Origin: Octopus bimaculoides
Taxonomy: Eukaryota
Direction of reading: 5' to 3'
NCBI RefSeq assembly: GCF_001194135.2
Contig: NC_068981.1
Location: 190,399,392-190,463,391, forward strand
DNA: 64,000 nt
Shown: positions 24,611 to 38,328 of the stretch, piece after piece
Layout: the number at the start of each line of letters is the position of its first letter
Position numbering within the stretch: position 1 is the stretch's first letter
Notes under the pieces: generated by a model
Seen by the model: the letters and a program-made list of their open reading frames with translations, nothing else
The model's database searches: none
What the model was told of the DNA's origin: nothing
Position numbers and translations under genes: made by a program

Positions 24611-27409
24611 TGTATATATACATATATACATACACGCACATATATATGTACATACACACACATACAATAGCTTCACCTATCCCCCAGCTTCCGTCTACCA
24701 ATTCCACTCACAAGGCTTTGGTCAGCCTTACCCAAGGTGCCACACATTGGAACTGAACCCAAAACCACACACCAGGGAAGCAACCATTTTAACCACACAG
24801 CCACGTTTGTTCCTACCTTTCACAATATTTAGCTTCTCTTATTTTTAATTCCTAATATTTGTGAAAACACTTTATTTGCAGATTACATAAAATCTGTATT
24901 TGTAGAAAGTTTACTTTCAACTTTGATAATAGAGCAGAAAATATTTCTCAACAACAATAAACTACCAGAAATCAGGATATCAACTTGAGATATTCAATAT
25001 GTCGTATCAGCAGTAAAACCACCTACAGAAGCTGGAAATATTTTCTTTCCAATTTAGAAAAGTTCAGCAGAATAAATATGATATGATGATGGCAGGACTT
25101 GAGATCCATTTAAACCTGTAAAGTGTCTGTCCTATAATAAAATGGAAATTAATCTGAGCCATTATGATTTTATTTCCTGCTCACGTTAAATGTTATTACA
25201 CTTTGAAGAATATCATAAACTTTGATTGAAAACTAAATTATTTTACCCATTCAAGATGTAGATGTGTGTGTGTCTGTGTGTGTGTGCAGGTGTGTGTGAG
25301 TGTTTGCATAGAAATTTGTAAGTTTTCGTGTGTGTATGTGTTCATGTGTGTATGTGTGTGTGTGTGTGTGTAAGTGTTTGTGTGCGCATGTGGGATTTTT
25401 GTATTTGTGTGTGTGTGTGANNNNNNNNNNNNNNNNNNNNNNNNNNNNNNNNNNNNNNNNNNNNNNNNNNNNNNNNNNNNNNNNNNNNNNNNNNNNNNNN
25501 NNNNNNNNNNNNNNNNNNNNNNNNNNNNNNNNNNNNNNNNNNNNNNNNNNNNNNNNNNNNNNNNNNNNNNNNNNNNNNNNNNNNNNNNNNNNNNNNNNNN
25601 NNNNNNNNNNNNNNNNNNNNNNNNNNNNNNNNNNNNNNNNNNNNNNNNNNNNNNNNNNNNNNNNNNNNNNNNNNNNNNNNNNNNNNNNNNNNNNNNNNNN
25701 NNNNNNNNNNNNNNNNNNNNNNNNNNNNNNNNNNNNNNNNNNNNNNNNNNNNNNNNNNNNNNNNNNNNNNNNNNNNNNNNNNNNNNNNNNNNNNNNNNNN
25801 NNNNNNNNNNNNNNNNNNNNNNNNNNNNNNNNNNNNNNNNNGTGTGTGGTTGTGTGTTGGTGTATGCTTGTGCAGGTGGGTGTGCATGTGTGTTGCTGTG
25901 CATGCATGCGTGTATGTATGTAAGTGAATGTAAGTGTGTGCATATCTGTGTTCATGTCTCAGTGTCTATATCTGTATAAGTCGATGCTGGCTTATGTGTG
26001 CGAATATGTATGTGTGTATCAGTATTTTTGTGTATATGTTTATATATATATGTGGGTATATGCATGTGAACATGCATGCACGCATATGTATGGTGACATC
26101 ATCATCATTATCATCATCATCATTATCATCATCATCATCATCATCGTTTAACGTCCACTTTCCATGCTGGCATGAGTTGGATGGTTTAACAGGGGACTGC
26201 ACCAGGCTCCGATCTGATCTGGCAAGTTGATTTTTATACCCATAATCCTTAGATGCACGTGCATTTCGGTTTTAATGACAATTGCTTGTAGCTGCTTCTC
26301 ACAGCTTTCAACGCAGCTGCATTTTGGCATCTCGTTTCGGCAAAAGTTGAAAGGTTACCTGCAATTTGGGTCTCTGCCATAAACCAGCATGTCTTGGAAT
26401 ATTTACACTTACATCCCCGAAATAAGTTTTCAGAATCTACCATATAAAAAAATGACATTTGAAAAAATTGCTTTTCTTTTGCAGTTCATTGTATATAAGC
26501 ATATATCATCATCATCATCATCATCGTTTAACGTCCATTTTCCATGCTAGCATGGGTTGGACGGTTTGACTGTGGACTGGCGAGCCAGAAGGTTGCACCA
26601 GGTTTCAATCTGATCTGAAATGTTTCTACAGTTGGATGCCCTTCCTAACGCCAACCACTCTCAGATTGTAGTGGGTGTTTTTTATGTGCCACCGGAATGA
26701 GGGCCAGTCAGGCGGCACTGGCAATGACCATGCTCGAATGGTATTTTTTTACATGCCACCTGCACAGGTGCCAGTCAGGCGGCACTGGCATCATCGACAG
26801 CTACAATTTCTGTATATAAGTTTGCATGTGTATATGTGCATGTGTATGTGTGTGTGTTGTTGTGTTTGTGTGTCATTACCTTTGTATATATGTATGTGTG
26901 TGTATATTTGTGTGCAGAGCAAACAATATGTCTCTCTTCCAACTTTTAAAGTAAATAGGGTCTCAGAAAACTGTGATTCATTTATTCTTTACCGTTTCTT
27001 TTATGGAACTCAGTCACTGGAAAGTGATCATACTGGAGCACTACCTTTGTTGAAGAGAAAAACCAAATCTCCTGATAAAGATTACTGCTAGTGATCATCA
27101 TCATCATCATCATTATCATCATCATCATCAATTTATGTCCGCTTTTCCATGTCTGCATGGGTCGGATGGAATTCATTGTGGCAGACTTTCTACAGCTGGA
27201 TCCTTTCCCTGTCATCAATCCTCACCTGTTTCCAAATACCCTCGAGTAGGAAGCAAGCTTTCTGAATCCCGCACACAGCTTTACCATTGCAGATATCCCT
27301 AGCATTTTTGTCTTTAATCGATTTATTCATCTACTTCTTTCTGACCCCTTAATGCTGGCCCTTTATACTAGTTCATCTGGCAGTACACTCCCTCATTACT
27401 GCTAGTGAT

Positions 27410-28250
27410 CATCGTCACTAGCAGTAAATTCTTCGCAAAATTCTTCCATTTCAGAAGAAGCAAGATCCTCAACCATTCCAGTTTAGACATTTCTTTTCTC
27501 TTCCTGAGTAATGCCTATGGAACCATCATCGTTGCGAACTGGAAGAAAGAAGTTGGTAGAAATACTTGGCAGGGAACCAAAAGATTAGTTACAGTTTGGA
27601 AGATGAGATACCTTGTGGATTAAGATTACGTGATGCATAGATGCAGCTTTTACAAGATTTTCAGTGTTGGGTAAAAGAATCCAGTTTGTAGACGGGGTTG
27701 ATTTTCTCAAAGAGCTGCAAACTTTATTCTTTGCCCAGACTGTTGCAGCCCAGCCATAAAGGAATCACTTGGAAGACACAGAATCATAAAGTTTAGCTGT
27801 GTATGTGATATAGAGATACATGCCTAAGAGGATGATTTTCAGTCACTTAGTAAGTCATTGGTAGAGTATAAGCTACTAAAAGACCATTAATGTAGTACTT
27901 TGGTATTTTGACCATGTTCCACGTCTTACAACAAACAATAAGACCAAATCACTTTAAAAGTTGAATTAATGTGAAACCATTTCTTAAAAGAATTTTCTGA
28001 TTTCCTAAACTTACCATTAATTCTGATCTCTTAAGAGAATGTCAATTTGACAGAAATGGCAGTCGATCGGATTTAGTGTCTATAATCTTTAATTAGATCT
28101 CTTTTTAAAGGCCTTCCACTTTCCACTTTTCCATTAAGGGCTTTCAACATTTTACAAAGAACTTTCTGTCTTGTCTTAATGCATTTATTGTGACATAAAG
28201 GCTCTTACCAAAGTAATTTTAATGAAGCAATAACTTATTTAAATATGACC
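27410..28250 (-). pseudogene. Decayed protein-coding relic (~280 codons, several stops, one frameshift), family unidentified
   Basis: NYFGKSLYVTINALRQDRKFFVKC*KPLMEKWKVEGL*..LGNQKILLRNGFTLIQLLK*FGLIVCCKTWNMVKIPKYYINGLLVAYTLPMTY*VTENHP / LLGMYLYITYTAKLYDSVSSK*FLYGWAATVWAKNKVCSSLRKSTPSTNWILLPNTENLVKAASMHHV..SFGSLPSISTNFFLPVRNDDGSIGITQEEKRNV*TGMVEDLASSEMEEFCEEF. Long nearly open frames and no microsatellites. Confidence 0.6.
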
Positions 28251-28514
28251 AGATAAAAGTTGTTGTTGTTGTTGTTGTTTAGCCACAGGTCAGTCCTGTT
28301 CAAGCAGATCTATGATATCAGACACACAAACATCTAAACTTGTTTATCAAATTCTATACAGTTCTATACCCTTTTCTGCTCTAGGCCCAAAATTTTAGGG
28401 GTGGGGGTCAGTCGATTAGATCAACCCCAGTATGCAATAGGTACTTAATTCATTGACCCTGAAAGGATGAAAGACAAAGTCAACCTCAGTTCTATATAAT
28501 CAACATTATCATGC

Positions 28515-28554
<40 letters not shown>

Positions 28555-29015
28555 TGTCATTTTCATCACCAGCAGCGGTGACAGCATCAGTATCATCGTC
28601 ATCATCATTATTGCTTTAGTGGAAAAGTATACATTTCAGAGAGAATCTGTCATAGTGTATTGTTTAAGGCCAGATGCACGTCCAGTAACCAACCACTCTT
28701 ACCTGTTCCCAATCAAGGTAAATGCTTCCCCATGAGTGGACATGTCTTCATACAAGACTGAAAGCAATGGACACGGCTTCTATTTACTGTGTGATGTCAA
28801 CATAACAAACACACACATACACNNNNNNNNNNNNNNNNNNNNNNNNNNNNNNNNNNNNNNNNNNNNNNNNNNNNNNNNNNNNNNNNNNNNNNNNNNNNNN
28901 NNNNNNNNNNNNNNNNNNNNNNNNNNNNNNNNNNNNNNNNNNNNNNNNNNNNNGACACGGCTTCTATTTACTGTGTGATGTCAACATAACAAACACACAC
29001 ATACACACACAGACA

Positions 29016-29329
29016 CAGTGGCAGATTTGCCAGGTTGCCAGCTTGCCCGATGGCAAGTGGGCCCCTGCACCATTAGAATCCATACCTGGGGCCCATGTTA
29101 GTATCTAAGGGGCCCAACCCCTCAATTTTGAGAATTTTTTATTCACTCCTGAAAGAATGCATTAATTATTTCAGCCTGGCTGTGTTTGTAGACAGATGAA
29201 AAGAATACTTTTAACAAAAACAAAACAAATTAAATGATAGCAATGTAGTTGCAGGTGGGCCCCTTGTAGTAGTGGATGGGCCCCCTTAGCCTCCTAGCAA
29301 CCAGTATTTTTAGACTCAGTCTGCCACTG
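29016..29329. mobile_element. hAT-like MITE
   Basis: TIRs cagtggcagat / gtctgccactg, internal gggccc motifs, and a degenerate 8-bp flank (cacagaca / cattcaca). Confidence 0.65.
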
Positions 29330-29369
29330 CATTCACACACACACATTAAACTTTTACAAAGATGAGATA

Positions 29370-29880
29370 GTGACTACAGAGTTTCAGCCTGTTAGCCTTC
29401 ATCAGGCTGTACTAGTACTACACTTAGGTTCCTTCTAGGTTTATATAGTGCTTGGCAAGTTAGTTTTCTTGGGTAGGTGCAGCTATGTGAATTGATGATT
29501 AGATTTGGTGTGCATAGGTGTGGGAAATAGACATATTGGGGTTAGAAGAGGATAAGAGGAAAATATGTTTGTAGGGGATGATAGTGTTTTTGATTAAAGA
29601 CTTCGTTTGGCTTCAATTTGGGATTGTGTTATTCAATTAGATGTGGAAATAATTTTGCATTCATATTTGCCCGATTTAAATGCATTGCAATCAGGTCATG
29701 AGAATCTTTATACAGAATGTTGGATTTTGTTTGTGTTTTAGGGAAAGAATGTTTGTGAACCTTAAAACACAAGGGGCAAGTTTTAACATAGGTTTGTATT
29801 AGTTTAATGCTTAAAAGACTGGAAAGAGCCTTCACATTTCAGGCATTAGTCCTTCCTCAGGACGAAGATAGACAATAAAA
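29370..29880 (-). mobile_element. Possible Penelope-like 3' fragment
   Basis: Tail-like motifs gtttcagcctgttagccttcatcagg and ccttcctcaggacgaag, with a weak peptide between them. Confidence 0.3.
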
Positions 29881-30224
29881 ATAAAAGAGAGTGAATGTGA
29901 TACAGAGGCAGGAATATATACATATATATATTACACACACACGCACACACACACACACACACATACACACACTGGGCTTCTTTCAGTTGCCATTCATTAA
30001 CCATTATCATATTTTAGATTTAACTAACGTTTTTATATTTCAAATTTTACTAGGATAATTATTTACAAATCAAGGACTGAAATGATCATTTCTAAAATTA
30101 CAACAAAATTTTTTTTTTTTTTTCCATTTATCATTTCAAAATTAGGATCAGCTAAAATTCACTGATATATTTAAATTAGAAATCAGAGAATATTTGTCAG
30201 GTAATATTTCATTTATTTATTTAG

Positions 30225-30293
<69 letters not shown>

Positions 30294-32575
30294 CATATAC
30301 ACACATACTATGAACACACACATATATATAAGTTTGTAATCATCGACTACTTTCCATTTTCTCTGTATACCATCTTTTATTATCCAATAATTGCAGGAAC
30401 TAACTAAATTATAAAAGAAAACACTTAGAGAAATCAAACATTTTACAGATGAACAGTTCAAATTTACTTATATTTTTTTTAAATCATTTACTTTCATTTG
30501 CTTTTTGAATCGAAACAAAAATTAAGAAAAACATAAAATAATAAAATAAAGCTTCCTTTTAACATTAAAACACAATTGCACTTTATTATTTTGCAAATAT
30601 TATTTAAGCAACCATTATTTTTCCCCAAAAATATTAAAAGTAATCAAAAAAATAAAATTAAGATAGTCGACGCTTATAAACAAGAGAAAGCAAACAACTT
30701 TAAAAACAAAAACAAAAAAAAATAATAAAAAATATCAAACGAACAAAATTTTCCAAAATTAAGATACAAATGTTTCTTTCTAACAATATTTTTATTCTCT
30801 TTATATTGACCGAAAGTATGAAAGTAATTGATTTCTTTGTAATGTTTTTTCCTATATGCGACCTTATGAAAAGTGCATTAAATTTGGACATATTGATAAA
30901 TATAGCAATAACCAGAAAAAAGTATTTACTGTTTCATCTATAATATCATCATTAAAATAATTACCCCTTAATACACACAAACACACACACACGACACTAA
31001 ACTCTGCTTGTGGCAAGTGAATTTGAATTTGAAATCGAAATCAAACCAAATTCGACGACTGACACCCATGCCGACCTCTCCTTCATTGGACACTAAACTC
31101 TGCTTGCGAAGACCTGTTGGGGCAAGTGAAATCGAAATCGCAATTGAACCATATTCGATGACTGGCACCTGCACCAGTGTACATTTTATGTAGTGTTCTC
31201 ACTACATGAATAAATGAAGTTTGTACGAAACGGACGTACTGCTATAACCTATTGAATTTTTGTTGCTTTTCTTCAAATTTTATTCACCAAATCTCTTGAT
31301 TTTGTCTTTGGTTTCTACCCTACCAAATTCTGGTGCCTCAAACATTTTAAGTACCACATTTAATCTTTTGATTAAATCTATATTATTATTACATATAAAG
31401 ATATATAGAGTGGCTGTGAGGCATAGGTTGGCTGTGTGGCAAGAAGTTTGCATTCCGACCACATGATTTCAGGTTCAGTCCCATTGCATGGTACCGTAGG
31501 CAAGTACCTTGTATTAAAGCCCTGGGGTGAAGGTATGCGATTTAGTGTCTAGGGTATTTGGTTCATGTTTGTGAGATTGTGATTTCAATTCCTGGTGGCA
31601 TATATATATATATATATATCTGTATATATGTATAATGTAATAAAATGTTATAGTTTGTTTCAAAGCATTGTATATGATGTAAAAAGCACCATTTAAGTAT
31701 GGCCGTTGCCAGTACCGCCTGAATGGCTCCTGTGCTGGTGGCAAGTAAAATACACCATTCGAGCATGGTCATTGCCAGTGCCACCTGACCAGTGCCACAC
31801 TCTCAGAATGGTTGGCATTAGGAAGGGCATCCAACTGTGGAAACATTGCCAGATCAGATTGGAACTTGGTACAGCCTTCAGTCAAACCATCCAACCCATG
31901 CTAGCATGGAAGGCAGATGTTAAACGATGATGGTGATAGTGATGATGATGATGAAGATGATGATGAAAGAGATAGAAGGCTAAACAATGCAAAATGGACT
32001 GTAAGATGAGGTAACAAAAATTAAAAGTAAGTTACCTGTTAATCTTTGTTTTGTTTTTTGTTCTTTTATTGTTGTCATTGTTGGTCTTTCATGTGTCCAT
32101 TATTTCAGGACTTAAAAATCCTTTCATCAGGGTTGAAGGGACTTTTGTTGGATAAATTTTGATTTAGATTTAACTTTTTTCCCAAGCGTTTTTGATGGTT
32201 ATTTCACTTTCCCGGTGAATGACATCAATTGCTAATATATCATCATCATCATCATCGTTTAACGTCCGCTTTCCATGCTGGCATGGGTTGGACGGTTTGA
32301 CTGAGGACTGACAAGCCAGAAGGCTGCACCAGGCTCCAATCTGATCCAGCAAAGTTTCTACAGCTGGATGCTCTTCCTAACGCCAACCACTCCAACAGTT
32401 AGTATCAGAGTGGAATCAAAGAACTGGCAGAAACATGGCTTCAGACAGTGGCTTCTACTTTGAATGCAAAGATGCTTTTGTTGTAACTTGACCAATAAAA
32501 CAAATAAGTTACCAGAATATCGAAAAACCTTTGACTCAACACAATTCTATTATATAGAAATTATCATTTTTCTTC

Positions 32576-32607
<32 letters not shown>

Positions 32608-33304
32608 CTTCTTCTTCTTCTTCTTCTTCTTCTTCTTCTCCTCCTCCTCCTTCAACTTCTTTTTTCTTCTTCTTCATCATCATCATCATCATCATCATTC
32701 TTCTTCTTCTTATTATTATTATTTCTTTGATCAAATCATTCTTGATAATTATTGTCTTTCAAGATGATTATTGTCTTTCAATGACCTAGTCTGAAAATTA
32801 ATCTTATCTCTAAGCTGGGTTTGAACACAAAATCCAATTTAGGAATACTTTTATTATCATGATAGAATAATAAAATACAGTGTCACAAAAAAAAAGAACG
32901 AACAACAAGAAGGATTAGGTGAAGAACCAAGGAATTATAAGTTATTTTAAGGTAAATTCTATGGAACTGGAATTATCAATAGGCAGAAAGAATATTCATT
33001 GGCTTCTTTTTTTCAGTTCATGTAAAGGGCAAAGTGTATGTTTGAAGTCAAAAATTTAATGTTCATTCTTTCATATAAATTAATCCAACGAATAATATTG
33101 CAACAATCGTCAGATATTAAATTTTCTTGCATGCAATAACATTGTTGAAATGTAAAGAATCCTTAGAACTCGTTCAAGCTATCAATTTTGTCATTTTATT
33201 CCTGTAAGAATGTAGTCTTGAAGTATCAATAATTAATAACAATAGGCACTAAAGGTTTAAGATTCAGTTTTATATCCAAAATATAGGTTATTCCTCAAAT
33301 AATA

Positions 33305-33680
33305 GCTGCCATTTTATAATTCTTAAATAGACCCTTCGACTTCATATTCCATATCTCAATATTACCATTCACAAGACGTAGAATTATATTCAGAGAATAC
33401 TTTTTTGGCTGGAAATTACTCTTTAAGAAAACCTGAACAGTCTTGCATCAAAAATGGTGTTTCTACGTGGTTGTTGATTCTACTAGAAATGATAGCCAAA
33501 TCCTTCTCAAGTCACATATCTCATAATATCTCTTTCTATATACAAAATATATGTTATTCTACAAATAGTAAATACCATTCTATAATTCTTAAGTAGACCT
33601 TTGGACTTTTTATGTTGTACCTCAAAATGATGCCAGTCTATCCATTCACAAGACCTAGAATTATATTCAGAGAATATTCC
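33305..33680. repeat. Diverged ~100 bp direct repeat, ~270 bp apart
   Basis: ccatt.tataattcttaa.tagacc.t.gact..ccattcacaagac.tagaattatattcagagaata at about 33305-33405 and 33573-33680. Confidence 0.75.
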
Positions 33681-33804
33681 TTTTATTTCGTTTTTGGATT
33701 TGGTTTGCAAGATTTTTTATCTGATTTCGTGTTGAAGCATATTCTGTTATGTCTGGGGAGAGTCATTTTCTTATTGTGCCTTAAAATGTAACACACTCAC
33801 CGTT

Positions 33805-34275
33805 TATTCTTTTATTGGTTTCAGTCATTTGACTGCGGCCATGCTGGAGCACCACCTTTAATTGAGCAAATCGACCCCAGGACTTATTCTTTGTAAGCCT
33901 AGTACTTATTCTATCGCTCTCTTTTGCCGAATCACTAAGTTACCAGCATCGATTGTGAAGCGATGTTGGGGAGACAAACACAGATACTCAAACGCACGCA
34001 CACACATACACACACACACACACACTTACACATACATACATACATACATACATACATACATACATACATACGTACGTACGTACGTATGTATGTATGTATG
34101 TATGTATGTATGTATGTATGTATCTATGTTTCCGTCTACCAAATCCACTTACAAGGCTTTGGTCAGTCTGAAGCTATAGTAGAAGACACTTGCCCGAGGT
34201 GTCATGCAGTGGGACTGAATCCGGAAGCCTGTGGTTGGTAAGCAAGCTACTTACCACACATCCACTCCATTGCAT
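33805..34275 (-). mobile_element. Family B SINE with an expanded internal CA/TACA microsatellite
   Basis: Full-length match. Confidence 0.85.
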
Positions 34276-34569
34276 ATGTTGTTCATTTTTGCTAGAAAGA
34301 AAAGCCAAGTCCTTCTGAAAGTACACCATAATCTCTTGAAAAATAAAAGGAAATGTTCATTGAATAATTTAGTCCTAAATGCCTGAAAACAAAAATCTTG
34401 GAATATCTTTGACCCTTGGCTGGTCCCTGACTTAGCAACAACAACAAACTACATCCATTTTTATTCCTTTTAATCTAATGAAGTAATCGACTCATTTGTC
34501 ATTATAAAGTGAATGACAGAATGACCAGAGTCACTGTCTGAGACCACAGGCAGTGGACCTTTTATACAC

Positions 34570-34622
<53 letters not shown>

Positions 34623-35589
34623 ATATATAAATGCAAATATATGNNNNNNNNNNNNNNNNNNNNNNNNNNNNNNNNNNNNNNNNNNNNNNNNNNNNNNNNN
34701 NNNNNNNNNNNNNNNNNNNNNNNNNNNNNNNNNNNNNNNNNNNNNNNNNNNNNNNNNNNNNNNNNNNNNNNNNNNNNNNNNNNNNNNNNNNNNNNNNNNN
34801 NNNNNNNNNNNNNNNNNNNNNNNNNNNNNNNNNNNNNNNNNNNNNNNNNNNNNNNNNNNNNNNNNNNNNNNNNNNNNNNNNNNNNNNNNNNNNNNNNNNN
34901 NNNNNNNNNNNNNNNNNNNNNNNNNNNNNNNNNNNNNNNNNNNNNNNNNNNNNNNNNNNNNNNNNNNNNNNNNNNNNNNNNNNNNNNNNNNNNNNNNNNN
35001 NNNNNNNNNNNNNNNNNNNNNNNNNNNNNNNNNNNNNNNNNNNNNNNNNNNNNNNNNNNNNNNNNNNNNNNNNNNNNNNNNNNNNNNNNNNNNNNNNNNN
35101 NNNNNNNNNNNNNNNNNNNNNNNNNNNNNNNNNNNNNNNNNNNNNNNNNNNNNNNNNNNNNNNNNNNNNNNNNNNNNNNNNNNNNNNNNNNNNNNNNNNN
35201 NNNNNNNNNNNNNNNNNNNNNNNNNNNNNNNNNNNNNNNNNNNNNNNNNNNNNNNNNNNNNNNNNNNNNNNNNNNNNNNNNNNNNNNNNNNNNNNNNNNN
35301 NNNNNNNNNNNNNNNNNNNNNNNNNNNNNNNNNNNNNNNNNNNNNNNNNNNNNNNNNNNNNNNNNNNNNNNNNNNNNNNNNNNNNNNNNNNNNNNNNNNN
35401 NNNNNNNNNNNNNNNNNNNNNNNNNNNNNNNNNNNNNNNNNNNNNNNNNNNNNNNNNNNNNNNNNNNNNNNNNNNNNNNNNNNNNNNNNNNNNNNNNNNN
35501 NNNNNNNNNNNNNNNNNNNNNNNNNNNNNNNNNNNNNNNNNNNNNNNNNNNNNNNNNNNNNNNNNNNNNNATATGCATAGAGAGAGAGA

Positions 35590-35985
35590 GAGAGCAGGCC
35601 TCATGAAGGTGAGGTGGTTGAGTTCCTTTTGAGTGCTGAGCATCATAGAGGCAAAGTGATCAAGCTCCTGGGCCGCATGGAGGCAATGTGGCTGAGTTCC
35701 TTTCGAGTGTTGAGCCTCACAGAGGCAATGACCAGGACCTATGTCGGACTTGAGAAGAATATCCATCAAGCCAAGCAAAATTGCAGTTGTAGCAGATACC
35801 GGTGTCATGCAAATGGCACCCATTACAGTGGTTGGCATTAGGAAGGGCATCCAGCCATAGAAAACCATGCCAAATCAGATTGGATCCCGGCGTAGCCTTC
35901 CTGCATGCCAACCCAGTCAAACTGTCTAACCCATGCCAGCATAGACAACAGGCGTTAAATGATGATGATGATGATGATGATGATA
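35590..35985 (+). mobile_element. 3' fragment of an RTE-like LINE (ORF2 end plus family C 3' region)
   Basis: LSLTEAMTRTYVGLEKNIHQAK precedes the family C tail; degenerate form of the LTEAMTxDRDLWRYAVLEKT end. Confidence 0.65.
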
Positions 35986-36262
35986 TATATATATATATAT
36001 ATATATATATTGCAAAACATTGATGACCCGGGGGCTATTGTAGAAGACACTCTGCCCAAGGAGCCATGTAGTGATATTGAACTCAAAACCATGTGATTGC
36101 AAAGTAAAACTGTGTGGTAAGAAGAAGTTTGCTTCCCAACCACGTTGTTCAGGGTTCTGTCCCACAACATGGTACCTTCGGTGTATCTTCAGCTATAGCC
36201 CGGAGCTAACCAAAGCCTCATGAATGGATGTGGTAAATGGAAACTGAAAGAAGTTCGTCATA

Positions 36263-36298
<36 letters not shown>

Positions 36299-36939
36299 TG
36301 TGTCTGTGTTTATCCTCCACCACCACCACTTGAGAACTAGTGTTGGTTTGTTTACCTACCAGTAACTTAGCAGTTTGGCAAAAAGCATCCGATAGAATAA
36401 TCACCAGCCTTAACATGCACCGGAGTTGATTCTTTTGACTAAAGTTTTTCAAGACAGTACCCCAGCATCGCCACGGTCCAATGACCGAAACAACTAAAAG
36501 ATAACCGCACAGCCATGCCTGTACACATCACGGAAAAAATTTTTAAAAACCAAAACAACTTTTAAAAATTGAATTTAAACAAAATATAATTCAATGAAAA
36601 ATAACCACAAAAGGAAGGGAAAAAACACCTTTGAAAAAGCAACAAATTCTAGTCAATACTTGTTAAATAATCCAGCATTTCATGGTTTTTGATATTCATT
36701 GGTGATGTATTGAATTCTTATTGTCTCTTGCTCTTTATATTTCTTTATTGTGATCGGGAATTTCTGCACAAGCAACAATGCTCATTGATTGTTATTTTGT
36801 TTCTCCTTCATTGTGGCTTTTTCAAGATTTCTAAAAAAAAAAAAATTAAAAAGGAAAAAAAAAGACTTTTCTGATCATAAGGATGGAATTTTTTTTGTCA
36901 TTTGATTTCATTTATTTTTGTTGTTGCCTTCTTGCTGTT

Positions 36940-37480
36940 GTTGTTGTTGTTGTTGTTGTTGGTGAGATGCATTCTGTTTTGTTTGATGAATAAAAACAGT
37001 AAATAATGTTTAATGATGAATTTATTCCGTGTATAAAGAGAAGACATGTTGATGTGTTTCGTCGTCGTCGTCATCATCATCTTCGTCATCATCATTGTCA
37101 TCGTCGTCGTCGTTGTCATCATCATTGTCATCGTCGTCGTCGTTGTCATCATCATTGTCATTGTCGTCGTTGTTGTCGTCATCATCATCATCTTCATCAT
37201 CACTATCGTCATCATTGTCATCATCATTACTATCATCATCATCATTGTCGTCATCGCCATCACCATCATCACCATCATCATTGTCGTTGTTGTTTTCATC
37301 ATCATCATTGTTGTCGTCTTCGCCATCATCGTCATCACCATCATCATTATTGTCATTATCGTTGTCATCATCATTACTATCATCATCATCGTTGACGTCA
37401 TCATCATCATCATCACTGTTGTCATCATCATCAGCAGCAGTAACATCATCATCATCTTCGTCATCATCATCAGCAACATC
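36940..37480. repeat. (TTG)n and degenerate (CAT/CGT)n array
   Basis: Direct reading. Confidence 0.95.
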
Positions 37481-37749
37481 AACCCCAACCCCCACCGGAC
37501 CTTACAGTCTGAATTCCTTAGGCTTATAGGGCCGGTCAATTAGTTTCTATGGCATGTAAGTGACCGAGATCTCATTTCTGCACCTGAATGGGATGCCAGT
37601 TTGTCAACGAGTTACCCATTTACAACTGTGTGGATTGAATAACATGGGTGGAGGGAAATAAAGTGTTTTACTTGAGTACAACATGCACAATCTTCTCCAA
37701 GAATTGAAACCAAGACCTTGCATTTAACCCATCATCCAATTCAATATCA

Positions 37750-37812
37750 CCACCTGGCACCTTGGCACCTTGGCACCTTGGCACCTTGGTACCTTGGCAC
37801 CTTGGCACCTTG
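37750..37812. repeat. Short tandem of the 8-mer ggcacctt
   Basis: About 7 imperfect copies. Confidence 0.85.
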
Positions 37813-38270
37813 TCGCCTTGGTAGCTTTATTGGAGTCGAATCTGTTGCAAGAATTTAGGCCTAGTTTCCATTCTAAGGTTACCTTCCTCCTTCTTTTCAG
37901 TTCTGGTGGCCCTGTAATGGGTGCCATGAGCAACGCCATCCATTCCAATCAAAACATTAAAATAACCATCCCTTTTTATAATCCTTTTATCTTTTGTTTG
38001 CTTCAGTCATTGGACTGTGGCCATTCTGGGGCAGGGCCTTGGACAGTTTAATAAAAAGAATTGACCCTGGTACTAATTTATTAAACCTAGTGCTTATTCA
38101 TTAGTCAATTTTGACAAATTATGAGGCAACAGAGATATAAACAAGCAGTAAGGTGAGGGGGAACAAACACAACCACAAAGACATACAAGCATACGCATAT
38201 NNNNNNNNNNNNNNNNNNNNNNNNNNNNNNNNNNNNNNNNNNNNNNNNNNNNNNNNNNNNNNNNNNNNNN

Positions 38271-38328
<58 letters not shown>

